NCBI GenBank assembly: GCA_041752695.1
Contig: JBGSVZ010000085.1
Coordinates: 96,001 to 160,000 of the forward strand
Source: Terrimicrobiaceae bacterium
GTDB lineage: Bacteria > Verrucomicrobiota > Verrucomicrobiia > Chthoniobacterales > Terrimicrobiaceae
Direction of reading: 5' to 3'
Length of the DNA: 64,000 nt
This document shows positions 38,350-47,862 of the stretch, piece after piece. Positions within the stretch are counted from its first letter, which is position 1, and each line of letters starts with the position of its first letter. The notes below the pieces were generated by a model. The model saw only the letters and a list, made by a program, of their open reading frames with translations. It had not been told where the DNA came from and did not search any database. Position numbers and translations under genes: made by a program.

Positions 38350-40077
38350 ATGTCCGTCTTTTTTCGTGTCTTCCGCTATGCGCGGCGTTATCCGGCTCTT
38401 GCCCTCGGCACCCTCGCCTGTGCGGTGGTCGGGACGCTGATGGTGATCGTCTTTCCCACCGTCACCCGTCTGATTGTGGATGAGGTGATCGCAAAAAACC
38501 AACCCCAGCTTCTCCTTCCCCTCATTGCCATCGGGCTCGCGGCTTTCATCGCGCAGGATGGTTTGAATTCCCTGCGCATCATCCTCAACAATGTTTTCGA
38601 GCAGGCGGTGATCTTTGATCTGCGCAGCGAGCTGTACGCCCATATCCAGGGCCTGCCGCTCCCGTGGTTCGACAATCGTGCGACCGGCGATATCATGACC
38701 CGCCTGGTCGAGGACGTCACCGCGCTGGAACGTGTGCTCATCGATGGCATCGAACAGGGCGTTGTGGCCGTGCTGCAAATTGTCATCGTTGCCGGAATGA
38801 TGTTGTATTACAGCCCCACGTTGACCCTGCTCGCCCTCGCGCCCGTGCCTCTTCTGGCCATCGGTGCGCTAGCCTATACCCTCACGGCGGGGGGACGCTA
38901 CCGCCTGCAACGCCGCGCCGCCTCCGCGCTCAACGCCCTGTTGCACGACAACATTGCCGGGATCCGTCAGATCAAGACCTACGCCAGCGAGGAGCGCGAA
39001 CATGCGCGCTTCAACGCCGTGAGCCAGAACCTGCGCGAGACCACGCTCATCGTCATGCGGGCGTGGGCGTTTTACAGTCCGGCCATGAGTTTCCTCGCCT
39101 CCCTCGGAGTGTTGCTCATTGCCGGGTACGGGGGACACCGTGTGCTGCACGGGCAGATGGATATCGGCGTGCTGGTGATGTTTCTCGTCCTGGCGCGTTT
39201 CCTTTACGAGCCCGTCGGCCGCCTGCATCAGCTCAACCAACTTTTCCAGTCCGGCCGTGCCGCGGGGGAACGGGTCTTCGAGATTTTGGATTCTCCGGTG
39301 GAAACCGAGGAAGCGTCCGCCCCGGCGGTGTTGCCACTCGGGGGTGCGGTGGAGTTCCGCGACGTGGGATTTTCCTACGCTCCCGAGCAACCCGTGCTGC
39401 ACGACGTGACCCTCGCCGCCCGGCCCGGCGAGATGATCGCGCTGGTCGGCCCCACTGGCGCGGGCAAGTCCACCATTGTGAATCTGCTCATTCGTTTTTA
39501 CGAATTCGACCGAGGCGAGATCCTCCTCGACGGCCGTCCGCTGCGCAGCCTGCCCCGCCGTTTCCTCCGGGAAAACATTGCGATGGTCACGCAGGAGAGC
39601 TTTCTTTTCAATGGCACCACCGCAGAGAATTTGCGCATGGGCAAACCGGCCGCCACCGAAGACGAGATGTGGGCCGCCCTCGAAGCTGCCAATGCCGCAC
39701 CCTTTGTCCGTCGCCTGCCGGAAACCCTTCACACCCCGCTCGGCGAACGCGGTGTGAAGCTGAGTGTCGGCGAAAAACAACGCATCTCCATCGCCCGCGC
39801 GCTGTTGAAAAATCCGCCCATCCTCATCCTCGACGAGGCCACCGCCAGTGTGGACAACGCCACCGAACGCCTCATCCAGCAGGCCCTCGACCGTCTGATG
39901 GAAAACCGCACCAGCTTTGTCATCGCCCACCGCCTTTCCACCGTCCGCCATGCCGACCAGATCCTCGTTCTTGAGCGAGGCCGCATCATCGAACGAGGCC
40001 GCCATGAAGACCTCATCGTCCGCGACGGGCTATATGCGGAACTCTGCGAACACATGGAGGAAACTCCCGCCGCGTAA
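38350..40077 (+). CDS. ABC exporter, fused permease and ATPase (MsbA/ABCB-like)
   Basis: TM domain; GPTGAGKST, LSVGEKQR, ILDEAT, IAHRLST. Confidence 0.93.
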   Translation: MSVFFRVFRYARRYPALALGTLACAVVGTLMVIVFPTVTRLIVDEVIAKNQPQLLLPLIAIGLAAFIAQDGLNSLRIILNNVFEQAVIFDLRSELYAHIQGLPLPWFDNRATGDIMTRLVEDVTALERVLIDGIEQGVVAVLQIVIVAGMMLYYSPTLTLLALAPVPLLAIGALAYTLTAGGRYRLQRRAASALNALLHDNIAGIRQIKTYASEEREHARFNAVSQNLRETTLIVMRAWAFYSPAMSFLASLGVLLIAGYGGHRVLHGQMDIGVLVMFLVLARFLYEPVGRLHQLNQLFQSGRAAGERVFEILDSPVETEEASAPAVLPLGGAVEFRDVGFSYAPEQPVLHDVTLAARPGEMIALVGPTGAGKSTIVNLLIRFYEFDRGEILLDGRPLRSLPRRFLRENIAMVTQESFLFNGTTAENLRMGKPAATEDEMWAALEAANAAPFVRRLPETLHTPLGERGVKLSVGEKQRISIARALLKNPPILILDEATASVDNATERLIQQALDRLMENRTSFVIAHRLSTVRHADQILVLERGRIIERGRHEDLIVRDGLYAELCEHMEETPAA

Positions 40078-40120
40078 GCACAAATGTTGGGTTCCAGCCT
40101 TCAGGCTGTTTCCAAAACCC

Positions 40121-40576
40121 ATGCCCTCCGCTCCGCCCATGATTTTCCGCGAGATCACGTTCGGCTCCGCAGACTTTCGCAAGGAGCGTGAACTCCGCGA
40201 CCGCGTGCTGCGCAAACCTCTCGGGCTGGTCTTGGAAGTTTCAGACGAGGAAAAGGATCAGTGGCACTTCGGGCTTTTCGATTTGCAGGACGACCTGCTG
40301 GGCACGGTGATCGCCGTGCCGCTCGGCGGGGGCGAAGCGAAGGTGCGGCAGATGGCCGTTGCGCCGAATTTTGCCCGCCGGGGATTCGGCCGCCGCGTCC
40401 TGCAGGAACTCGAAGACCGTCTTCGGGAAAAGGGAATTTACCGCATCAGCCTCCATGCCCGGACGACGGCCGCAGGGTTTTACCGGAAGGCGGGTTACGT
40501 GGAGGCCGGGCCGGAGTTCGTGGAAGTGGGGATTCCCCATGTGAAGATGGAGAAAACCCTTCCCGCGGTCGGTTAG
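40121..40576 (+). CDS. GNAT N-acetyltransferase (ElaA/YjcF-like)
   Basis: LR..VLRKPLG, VRQMAV...RRGFG, LHAR..A.GFY, FVEVGIPHVKM. Confidence 0.88.
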   Translation: MPSAPPMIFREITFGSADFRKERELRDRVLRKPLGLVLEVSDEEKDQWHFGLFDLQDDLLGTVIAVPLGGGEAKVRQMAVAPNFARRGFGRRVLQELEDRLREKGIYRISLHARTTAAGFYRKAGYVEAGPEFVEVGIPHVKMEKTLPAVG

Positions 40577-40585
40577 CGGAGCGTC

Positions 40586-40984
40586 CTATCCGCAGCCGCA
40601 TCCACCACCACAACACCCTCCGCCACCGGAAGCAGCGGTCTCCTGGGGAATCTCGGCGTCGGTGATCTGGATCACGTCAAACTTGATCTGCTGGAAGCCG
40701 AGTTGCTCGCGGATACGACCAATCAGCTCCCAACCGCGTTCCTCCGGCTCATGAACGGTGCGGAGCTGGATCTCCAAAGGTTTGCCCACGAGCTGCGGGA
40801 AGGCGTCCGCCAGTTCGCCATCAAGGACGAAAGAAAGGTAGGCGTTGAGTTTTTCCTGAAGCTGCAGCAACTGCCGGTCTTCACCCTGCCAGGGTCGGGT
40901 TTCATACATGGCGAGGACGAGTTTGTCCTCACGGGTGTCGTGCGCGAAGGCGTCGAGGACGCCGGGATTTTCGAGGCCGTTCAT
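40586..40984 (-). CDS. DUF6572-like protein with Gly/Cys-rich tail
   Basis: LQEKLNAYLSFVLDGEL core; tail GGGGCCGGGCGCG. Confidence 0.65.
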   Translation of the reverse strand: MNGLENPGVLDAFAHDTREDKLVLAMYETRPWQGEDRQLLQLQEKLNAYLSFVLDGELADAFPQLVGKPLEIQLRTVHEPEERGWELIGRIREQLGFQQIKFDVIQITDAEIPQETAASGGGGCCGGGCGCG

Positions 40985-40992
40985 TGGAAGTT

Positions 40993-41082
40993 AGACACGA
41001 ATTTCACGAATTCACACGAATGGGAAGTGGGCGAAGGAATTTTCTTTTTTCCGATTCGTGCTAATTCGTGCAATTCGTGTCT
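40993..41082. repeat. Palindromic element built from CACGAAT units
   Basis: agacacgaat ttcacgaat tcacacgaat ... attcgtgct aattcgtgc aattcgtgtct. Confidence 0.85.
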
Positions 41083-41519
41083 CATGGTTTGGCGATCGGG
41101 AACCACTGGTAGAGGAAAAAGTACACCAGGACGCCGGTGACGGAGACGTAATACCAGAGCGGGAAGGTCCAGCGGGCCCATTGGCGGTGGACAATCAGTC
41201 GGCCGGCAATGGCATGGCGCAGGGTGATGATCACCAGCGGCACAATGACAATGGCCAGGATGATGTGCGACGTCAGCATCGTGTAATACACGGTCTTGAT
41301 GAATCCTTCCCCGCCGAATGGGGTATGCACGCCCCGGACAAGGATCTTATGCAGCACGTACGTGATGAGAAACACCACGGAAACGCCGAACGCCGAGAGC
41401 ATGCAGGCGCGGTGGGCGTTCATTTTGCCCGATTTGATGAAGATAAAACCCGCCGTGAGAAGTACCGTCGCCAGGCCGTTCAGGGTGGCATTGATGGCGG
41501 GAAGATCGCTGACAGTCAT
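41082..41519 (-). CDS. DUF420 (CtaM/YozB) membrane protein, oxidase assembly
   Basis: LPAINATLNG, HRACM, SHIILA, HRQWARWTFPLWYYVSVTGV. Confidence 0.9.
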   Translation of the reverse strand: MTVSDLPAINATLNGLATVLLTAGFIFIKSGKMNAHRACMLSAFGVSVVFLITYVLHKILVRGVHTPFGGEGFIKTVYYTMLTSHIILAIVIVPLVIITLRHAIAGRLIVHRQWARWTFPLWYYVSVTGVLVYFFLYQWFPIAKP

Positions 41520-41776
41520 GAATGAGCGCGCTCCCGGTCGATCCGCTGACAGGTGCGCCAGATGTACGCCGACATGCCACCGACGACGGTGAGGGCGAAG
41601 ATCAGCATAAAAAGTACACTCCAGGAAAACGCGATACCGGCCATTACGGTCGGTGCCTCATGATTCATCGTCTCGCTGCCGGGTTCACGACAGCCCACGC
41701 AGGCCTGGGCGCTGGACACAAATCCGAATGACCAATGACAGATGACTAATGACCAAAACAGAAGGTTCGTTTTCAT
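41516..41776 (-). CDS. Small exported CxxC protein with one TM helix
   Basis: Signal ending AQA then CVGC; TM IAFSWSVLFMLIFALTVVGGM; ATGA overlaps at both ends. Confidence 0.7.
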   Translation of the reverse strand: MKTNLLFWSLVICHWSFGFVSSAQACVGCREPGSETMNHEAPTVMAGIAFSWSVLFMLIFALTVVGGMSAYIWRTCQRIDRERAHS

Positions 41777-42438
41777 TGCGGCTTGTCCGAACGCTCGCGC
41801 AGGAGATCGCCGATGTCCATGAGAAGCTTCTGCACAACCTCGGGATCGTTGCCGTCCTGAAATCCGCGCATCCAACCGTCACGATCCACCAGCACAAACC
41901 GCGTCGAGTGAGCGGGCATGCCATCCGGGTCCTTGCTCAAGGGCTGCAGGAATCCCTTCACGATGGTGTCGTCGATTTTGTCTTTCGGGCCGGTGAGCAG
42001 CTTCCATTTGTCCGGCGAGGCGCCGACTTTCTCCCCATATTCCTTGAGCACGGCGGGAGTATCATGTTCCGGATCCACCGTGAAAGTGACCAGCTCGACG
42101 TCCTTTGCTTTGGTGCCAAGTCGTTGATTGAGTTCCGCCATTCGGCTCGTCATCACGGGACAGGGCCCCAGACAGCGAGTGAAGATGAAATTCACGACCC
42201 AGATTTTTCCCTTGTAGTCGTCTTTCGTCGCCGATGAGCCATCCTGAGCGGTGAATTGAAAATCCGGTGCCGGAGCAAACTTTTCCAGCCGTGGGGAGAC
42301 CGGACCACGAGTTCGCATGGCCGAGTTGAACTGCGTGTAGGTCCAGGCAATCAGCGTGGTGGCCACCACAAACGCGATGGCCCAGCCGAGCCGGGGGATG
42401 CGCGGAGGAAGCTGAGGGTCAGCGCCAGAGGTAGACAA
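41773..42438 (-). CDS. SCO1/SenC copper chaperone
   Basis: FIFTRCLGPCP (CxxxC), TVDPEHDTP, HSTRFVLVD; start taken at TTG 42438. Confidence 0.92.
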   Translation of the reverse strand: MSTSGADPQLPPRIPRLGWAIAFVVATTLIAWTYTQFNSAMRTRGPVSPRLEKFAPAPDFQFTAQDGSSATKDDYKGKIWVVNFIFTRCLGPCPVMTSRMAELNQRLGTKAKDVELVTFTVDPEHDTPAVLKEYGEKVGASPDKWKLLTGPKDKIDDTIVKGFLQPLSKDPDGMPAHSTRFVLVDRDGWMRGFQDGNDPEVVQKLLMDIGDLLRERSDKPQ

Positions 42439-43021
42439 TGGAGAAGAGGAAGAGCCAGACGACATCCACGAAGTGCCAGTACAAGCTGACATTTGCGAGG
42501 GACGCATGACGCGTCGGCGTGTAACAGCGGGTGAGCAACTGGCGGAGAAAGACCCAGATGATCAGAAGAACGCCGATGATGACATGCAAGCCGTGGAAAC
42601 CGGTCATCACAAAAAACGATGAGCCGTAAACGCCATGCGTGTTAAACCAAAGTCCCTCGTGATGCAGGTGATACCATTCGTAGCACTGGACGCCGACGAA
42701 CAACGCACCCAGGCCAATGGTGACGAGCAGGAGAAACAGCCCGGTCTTGCCTTTATTCACCTGAACTTCCGCAAAATGGAGCGTGAAGCTGCTGGTTACG
42801 AGGAAGATAGTATTGATGCCCGTAAGCAAGACGGGAAGGTGCGGCGCACCCGCTGGCGGCCATTCCGGCTGGGCGAGTCGAAGGACGATATACCCACCAA
42901 TCAATCCCGCGAAAAGCATCGCCTCGGAGGCTAGGAACATGATCATGCCAAATTTGGCGACATGCGGAGGCGCCGAGGCATGGCCGGCGTGTTCGTCGTG
43001 AGTAAGGGCGGCGGAACTCAT
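42419..43021 (-). CDS. coxC: Cytochrome c oxidase subunit III (short form)
   Basis: FLASEAMLF, NT..LVTSSFT, TGFHGLHV, LYWHFVDVVW. Confidence 0.93.
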   Translation of the reverse strand: MSSAALTHDEHAGHASAPPHVAKFGMIMFLASEAMLFAGLIGGYIVLRLAQPEWPPAGAPHLPVLLTGINTIFLVTSSFTLHFAEVQVNKGKTGLFLLLVTIGLGALFVGVQCYEWYHLHHEGLWFNTHGVYGSSFFVMTGFHGLHVIIGVLLIIWVFLRQLLTRCYTPTRHASLANVSLYWHFVDVVWLFLFSIVYLWR

Positions 43022-43064
43022 AAGTGGATCAGGATTGATGGGTTTGAAAAATTGGAAAGAAGAA

Positions 43065-43175
43065 TCACTGCGCGACAGCGGGCCCGCGCTGAATCATGAG
43101 GAAAATGACGAGCCCACAGAGCGCGATGGCAAAGAGCCAGAGGAAAACCATGGTTTTGGCGTTGCGGCTTTTCAT
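43065..43175 (-). CDS. 36-aa single-TM peptide in the oxidase operon
   Basis: Below the ORF-track cutoff: MKSRNAKTMVFLWLFAIALCGLVIFLMIQRGPAVAQ*; ATG directly follows the ctaB TGA. Confidence 0.6.
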   Translation of the reverse strand: MKSRNAKTMVFLWLFAIALCGLVIFLMIQRGPAVAQ

Positions 43176-44063
43176 TCATTGCTTGGAAAGAACCAGCAGC
43201 GTCAGGACGAGCGGAAGGTACAGGATCGAGGCGAAAAAGAGCAGCCGGGCGGAAGGCCGGTCGCGGTGCCAGAGAAATTTTGCCGCGCAGGCACAGAACC
43301 CCAGACCGAGAACAAGAGCGCCGAAGAAATACCAAATGGCGTTAAAGCCCATCAGCGCCGGCACCAGGCTCGCCAAAAGCAGGCAGAGGGAATACAAAAA
43401 CGCCTGCCGTCCGGTGGCAAAGCCGGAGGGATCCTGACCGGGCAACATGACAAATCCCGCGCCCGCGTAATCGTCCCGATACATCCAGGCAATGGCCAGA
43501 AAATGAGGCATCTGCCAGAACCACATAATGGCAAAAAGGAGGCCGCCCTCCATCGAATACTGTCCACGAGCCGCCACCCAGCCGATCAGCGGCGGCAGAG
43601 CGCCAGGGATGGCTCCGACCAAAGTGTTGAGCGAACTCACCCTCTTCATCGGGGTATAAACCAGCACGTAGATCGCAATGGTGATGAAAGCCAGGATGCA
43701 GGCACGGATGTCGGTCATCAGACCCAGTACGGCCAGACCCGAGATGGAAAAAAAGAGGCCAAACATCAGCGCGTCGCCCGGATGCATGCGTCGGGCAGGC
43801 AGTGGGCGCTGACTGGTCCGTTTCATCAACGCGTCCAGGTCGCGCTCCCACCATTGATTAAGCGCCGCAGCCCCACAGGCGCACAGGGCGGTGCCAATCA
43901 AAGTCATGGCGAGGAGCAGGTAATTCATCGGCCCCTGCCAGCCGAGCAGAAACCCGACCAGTGTGGTCATCAAGACCAGCAGAGAGAGGCGCGCTTTGAC
44001 CAATTCCGAAAGATCGCTGAAGAGCGATTCGGAGCGGGCGGCGGTCATGGCGGCGGTTTTCAT
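43176..44063 (-). CDS. ctaB: Heme O synthase (protoheme IX farnesyltransferase)
   Basis: ELVKARL, NQWWERDLDALMKRT..RPLP, YTPMKR, WQMPHF, DDY; ATG 44063 overlaps ctaA stop. Confidence 0.95.
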   Translation of the reverse strand: MKTAAMTAARSESLFSDLSELVKARLSLLVLMTTLVGFLLGWQGPMNYLLLAMTLIGTALCACGAAALNQWWERDLDALMKRTSQRPLPARRMHPGDALMFGLFFSISGLAVLGLMTDIRACILAFITIAIYVLVYTPMKRVSSLNTLVGAIPGALPPLIGWVAARGQYSMEGGLLFAIMWFWQMPHFLAIAWMYRDDYAGAGFVMLPGQDPSGFATGRQAFLYSLCLLLASLVPALMGFNAIWYFFGALVLGLGFCACAAKFLWHRDRPSARLLFFASILYLPLVLTLLVLSKQ

Positions 44064-45235
44064 GCGACGTGCGCCATCAAACGCGGATTCGGGGCGTCTG
44101 GCAAAACGAAATCCTCGATTCGTGCCCCGCAAAAAAGTCGAAAGGTCAAGACACCGCCCAGTAGCAGCGAGAGAGCTCCCAGGGCCATATGGGCGGTGGC
44201 AATATCGGCGGCCTTGTTCGACCAGATCGTCCAAGCCCCCAAGGCAATTTGACACAAAATCATCACCACCCAAAGCAAGGACCACCCCCGCACGGCGCGG
44301 ACACTGCGGCGGGCTTTCCAGGCAAAGGCAAACACGGAAAGTGCGATCAGAACTGCCACCCCGCGGTGAGCCATCTGCACCCATACCTGAACCGCGGTTG
44401 TCCGCATCTGGTTCGCCTCGACCCGCGCCGCGTTGATCTTATCCATGGCTTCAGGGCTGGTGTCGGGGAGCCACTTTCCATAAGCCAGCGGAAAATCGGG
44501 AATGGAGAGTCCGATGTGCTCATGACGCATGGTCGCGCCGAGCCCCAATTGGCAAAAAATCAAAGCCGTACACCCCAGCGCGCCCCAGCGCAGAAGGGGA
44601 TCAGGTTCGAAATCCGCCCAACGGTTTTCCAGGAACCGACGGCTGGTCATGATGGCCAGCAGGGTGATGAAGACAAAAAACGCCTGCGCCAGCATCCCGT
44701 GGAAAATTCCGATCTCGTCCTTCAGCCAGACCACACGAATACCGCCCAGCACGCCTTGCAGCACCACCGCCGCCAGGGCCGCCATGCCCAGCCAACGCAA
44801 ACGGCCCCCATCCCGGCGATAAAGAAAAGCGCATACGACCACCGCAATCGGAGCCAGTGTGGCAAGGGTGAGATAGACAGGCATCACGCGAAAACCGAGC
44901 AAGACCACAACGGCAAATACAGCGGCGATCCCCGCCCAACGGTTTTCTTTTTTGGATTCCACCACCCACAATCCCCCCGCCAACAATGCGGTGAAGAGCC
45001 CCACAAAGGTTCCAATCAGGCGGTGGCTGTGCTCCAGGAAAATGCCGCCCACCCATCGGGAGATGGGGAAGGTGAACATGTTGTAGCCGAAACTATTTGG
45101 CCAGTCCGGGACGGTCAGACCCGCCCCGTGGGAGGTGACCAATCCCCCGACGCAAACAAGCACAAAAGTGCCGATCGCTGTCAGCACGGCCCACCAAAAG
45201 ATCGCGGCGCGTGCTGGGCTCCAGCTCGCCTTCAT
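44060..45235 (-). CDS. ctaA: Heme A synthase (COX15/CtaA)
   Basis: GGLVTSHGAGLTVPDWP, EHSHRL, QGVLGG, FHG, HR, AH motifs. Confidence 0.9.
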   Translation of the reverse strand: MKASWSPARAAIFWWAVLTAIGTFVLVCVGGLVTSHGAGLTVPDWPNSFGYNMFTFPISRWVGGIFLEHSHRLIGTFVGLFTALLAGGLWVVESKKENRWAGIAAVFAVVVLLGFRVMPVYLTLATLAPIAVVVCAFLYRRDGGRLRWLGMAALAAVVLQGVLGGIRVVWLKDEIGIFHGMLAQAFFVFITLLAIMTSRRFLENRWADFEPDPLLRWGALGCTALIFCQLGLGATMRHEHIGLSIPDFPLAYGKWLPDTSPEAMDKINAARVEANQMRTTAVQVWVQMAHRGVAVLIALSVFAFAWKARRSVRAVRGWSLLWVVMILCQIALGAWTIWSNKAADIATAHMALGALSLLLGGVLTFRLFCGARIEDFVLPDAPNPRLMAHVA

Positions 45236-46995
45236 TAATGCGCCTCGAGCTTCACGTGCTCGGGAGCCTTTTCCGTCTGAGGCAGGAAGTCTTTCTCCAT
45301 GCCGGGTACACTATATTCATACGCACCATGGTATACGATCGGAGTCTTCGGGAAGTTGCCATGTCCGGGAGGCGACGCCACCGTCCACTCCAAAGTGTTG
45401 GCATTCCAGGGATTATTGGGAGCCTTCTTGCCGTTGCGCAGCGAGATGATGATGTTCCAGATGAAGATAAACGTCGTGAACCCGAGCCCGATGGCGCCAA
45501 TGGTCGAAATCTGGTTGAGCGGCTGGAGCTGCTTGAGATGTTCGTAAATCGGAGGATCGGCGATACGGCGCATCATGCCGCCGAGACCAAGATTATGCAT
45601 CGGGAAGAATGCCATGTTGAAAAAGATCAACGTGAGGAAAAAATGCACCTTGCCCAACGTCTCGTTCAACATCCGGCCGAACATCTTGGGGAACCAGAAG
45701 TAGATCGCCCCGAAGATGGAAAGAATGCTGCCGCCGAAGAGCACATAGTGAATATGCGCCACAATGAAGTAGGTGTGGTGCACAAACAGATCCACCGGCG
45801 TGGACGCCATGAAAATCCCGCTCAATCCCCCGATGACAAACATCGAGACGAACGCGAGCGAAAAGCACATCGCAGTGGTGAACTCAATCGAACCGCGCCA
45901 GACCGTGCCCATCCAGTTGAAGGTTTTGATGGCGGACGGAACGGCAATAAACATTGTGGAAATGCCGAAGGCCGCACTCAGGGTCAGGTTCATACCGCTG
46001 ACAAACATGTGATGTCCCCAGACGATGAAGCCCAGGAATCCGATGGCGACCATGGCATAGACCATCGCTTTGTAACCAAAGATTGGTTTGCGGGAGAAGA
46101 CCGCAAGGATATCCGAAGACATGCCCATGGCTGGCAGAATCATGATGTACACCTCGGGGTGTCCGAAGAACCAGAAGAGATGCTGCCAGAGGAGGGGCTG
46201 ACCACCACCGGCCGGCTTGAAGAAGCTTGTTCCCAGGTTGAGGTCGCAGAACAACATTGCCGCAGCCGCGGAAAGCACCGGCACCGCAAGAACGAGAAGG
46301 ATCGCCGTGATGAAAAGCGACCAGATCGTCAAGGGCATCCGGAACATGCTCATGCCGGGAGCCCTCATATTTACGACGGTCGTGATGTAGTTGGTCGCAC
46401 CGGCGATGGAGGACAAACCGTTGATAAAGATGGCGATCCCCCAGAGGCTTTGACCCATTCTGGTGCCGTTGTAGGCTTCCACCGCACTGAGCGGAGCATA
46501 GGCGGTCCAACCGGTTCCCGGCGCACCTCCCGGGACAAAAAACGCCGCGAGCAAAATGATGCCGGAAATAAAATAGAGCCAGTAGCTCAGTTCATTGAGG
46601 AGCGGAAACGCCATGTCACCAGCGCCGATCTGCAAGGGAATCAGGTAGTTACCAAAAGCCCCGATCAGCAGAGGCATCACCACAAAAAATACCATCACAG
46701 TGGCATGCATCGTCACGAGCATGTTGTAGCCCCCGGGGATGATCGCGCCGTCCGACGCAACGGTGGCGGGCAAAAATTGTCCCAGAATCGGAACCTCCGT
46801 GTTGGGCCAGGCGAGCTGGTAACGGACGAGCAAGGCCAGTCCACCGCCCAGGAAAAGAAACGCCAAGGCCGTCCACAAATACTGAAGACCAATCATCTTG
46901 TGATCGTACGTCCACAAATACTTGCGGATGAAACCCACGTCCTCGTGGTGGGCGTGATCCTCGATGTGAGGAGGCTCGGCTGTGATTGCGCTCAT
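45235..46995 (-). CDS. coxA: Cytochrome c oxidase subunit I, A1 type
   Basis: TMHAT, GDMAFP, WFFGHPEVY, VWGHHMF, VPSAIK, VAHIHY, MRR: all ligands present. Confidence 0.97.
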   Translation of the reverse strand: MSAITAEPPHIEDHAHHEDVGFIRKYLWTYDHKMIGLQYLWTALAFLFLGGGLALLVRYQLAWPNTEVPILGQFLPATVASDGAIIPGGYNMLVTMHATVMVFFVVMPLLIGAFGNYLIPLQIGAGDMAFPLLNELSYWLYFISGIILLAAFFVPGGAPGTGWTAYAPLSAVEAYNGTRMGQSLWGIAIFINGLSSIAGATNYITTVVNMRAPGMSMFRMPLTIWSLFITAILLVLAVPVLSAAAAMLFCDLNLGTSFFKPAGGGQPLLWQHLFWFFGHPEVYIMILPAMGMSSDILAVFSRKPIFGYKAMVYAMVAIGFLGFIVWGHHMFVSGMNLTLSAAFGISTMFIAVPSAIKTFNWMGTVWRGSIEFTTAMCFSLAFVSMFVIGGLSGIFMASTPVDLFVHHTYFIVAHIHYVLFGGSILSIFGAIYFWFPKMFGRMLNETLGKVHFFLTLIFFNMAFFPMHNLGLGGMMRRIADPPIYEHLKQLQPLNQISTIGAIGLGFTTFIFIWNIIISLRNGKKAPNNPWNANTLEWTVASPPGHGNFPKTPIVYHGAYEYSVPGMEKDFLPQTEKAPEHVKLEAH

Positions 46996-47002
46996 GTCTG
47001 AA

Positions 47003-47860
47003 TTACGTTGCTGGCCCGTTTTTGGCCACTTTTTCGGAAGGATTATTTGCCGGCACCTCGACTTGGGCGGCTTCGGCAGCGGCTTTCACCTTGCCCGCAT
47101 ACCAGACCGCGTACTCTTCGGGGGACACCACGCGAATGGGAGCCTTCATGTTGTAATGACCGATCCCACAGAGCTGACTGCAGGCCAGTTCGAAATTTCC
47201 CGCGCGCTCCACTTCGAACCAAACCCAGGAAATGGTCCGGCCAGGCACGGCGTCCTGATAGAGGCGGAAAGAGGGCACGTAAAACGAATGGATGACATCG
47301 CGGGAGTTCAAGAGAACATGAACCGGTTTGCCGTAGGGAATGACCAATTCCGTGGAGGTAAAATCATCCTTCCCGGCCAGATCCTCCGCGGGAACCCCAA
47401 ACTTGCTGGCGGTCGAAATTTGCGCGATGTCCGTGCGACCAAGCTGGTTGTCGGCACCGCCGTAGCGCATTTCCCAACCGTATTGGTAGGAGAAGATATT
47501 CACCTGGATCGCATCCGGTGGCGGGGTGCGATGAAGGTCCGCCCAAACCCGGTTGCTGTAGATGCCCAATCCGAGGAAAATGGCCACCGGGATGGTGGTC
47601 CAGATGATTTCCAGGAAGTTGTTTCCGTGGCTGTAGTGAGCCTTTACCCCCGGCTTGCGGCGATACTTGATGAGATAATAGACGTAAACGATCTGCGTCA
47701 GGAAAAAAACGATGACCGTGAGCCAGAAAATAAAGTTCAGGATCCCGTCGATCTGGCGCCCACCCACCGTGACGTTGGGCGGAGCCCAGTACAGACTGTT
47801 CGCTTCCGCGGGCACCAACCCGGCGGCAATCACGGTAAAAATCAAAAGCAGAAATTTCAT
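47003..47860 (-). CDS. coxB: Cytochrome c oxidase subunit II (CuA), no fused cytochrome c
   Basis: DVIHSF, CSQLCGIGHYNM; no CxxCH. Confidence 0.95.
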   Translation of the reverse strand: MKFLLLIFTVIAAGLVPAEANSLYWAPPNVTVGGRQIDGILNFIFWLTVIVFFLTQIVYVYYLIKYRRKPGVKAHYSHGNNFLEIIWTTIPVAIFLGLGIYSNRVWADLHRTPPPDAIQVNIFSYQYGWEMRYGGADNQLGRTDIAQISTASKFGVPAEDLAGKDDFTSTELVIPYGKPVHVLLNSRDVIHSFYVPSFRLYQDAVPGRTISWVWFEVERAGNFELACSQLCGIGHYNMKAPIRVVSPEEYAVWYAGKVKAAAEAAQVEVPANNPSEKVAKNGPAT

Positions 47861-47862
47861 GG

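Noticed and set aside
40993..41082. CRISPR-like array
   Set aside because: Units are about 9 nt with inverted arms, no unique spacers and no cas genes.
43018..43335. 105-aa ORF between ctaB and coxC
   Set aside because: Overlaps ctaB out of frame; the 36-aa TM peptide frame fits the gap better.
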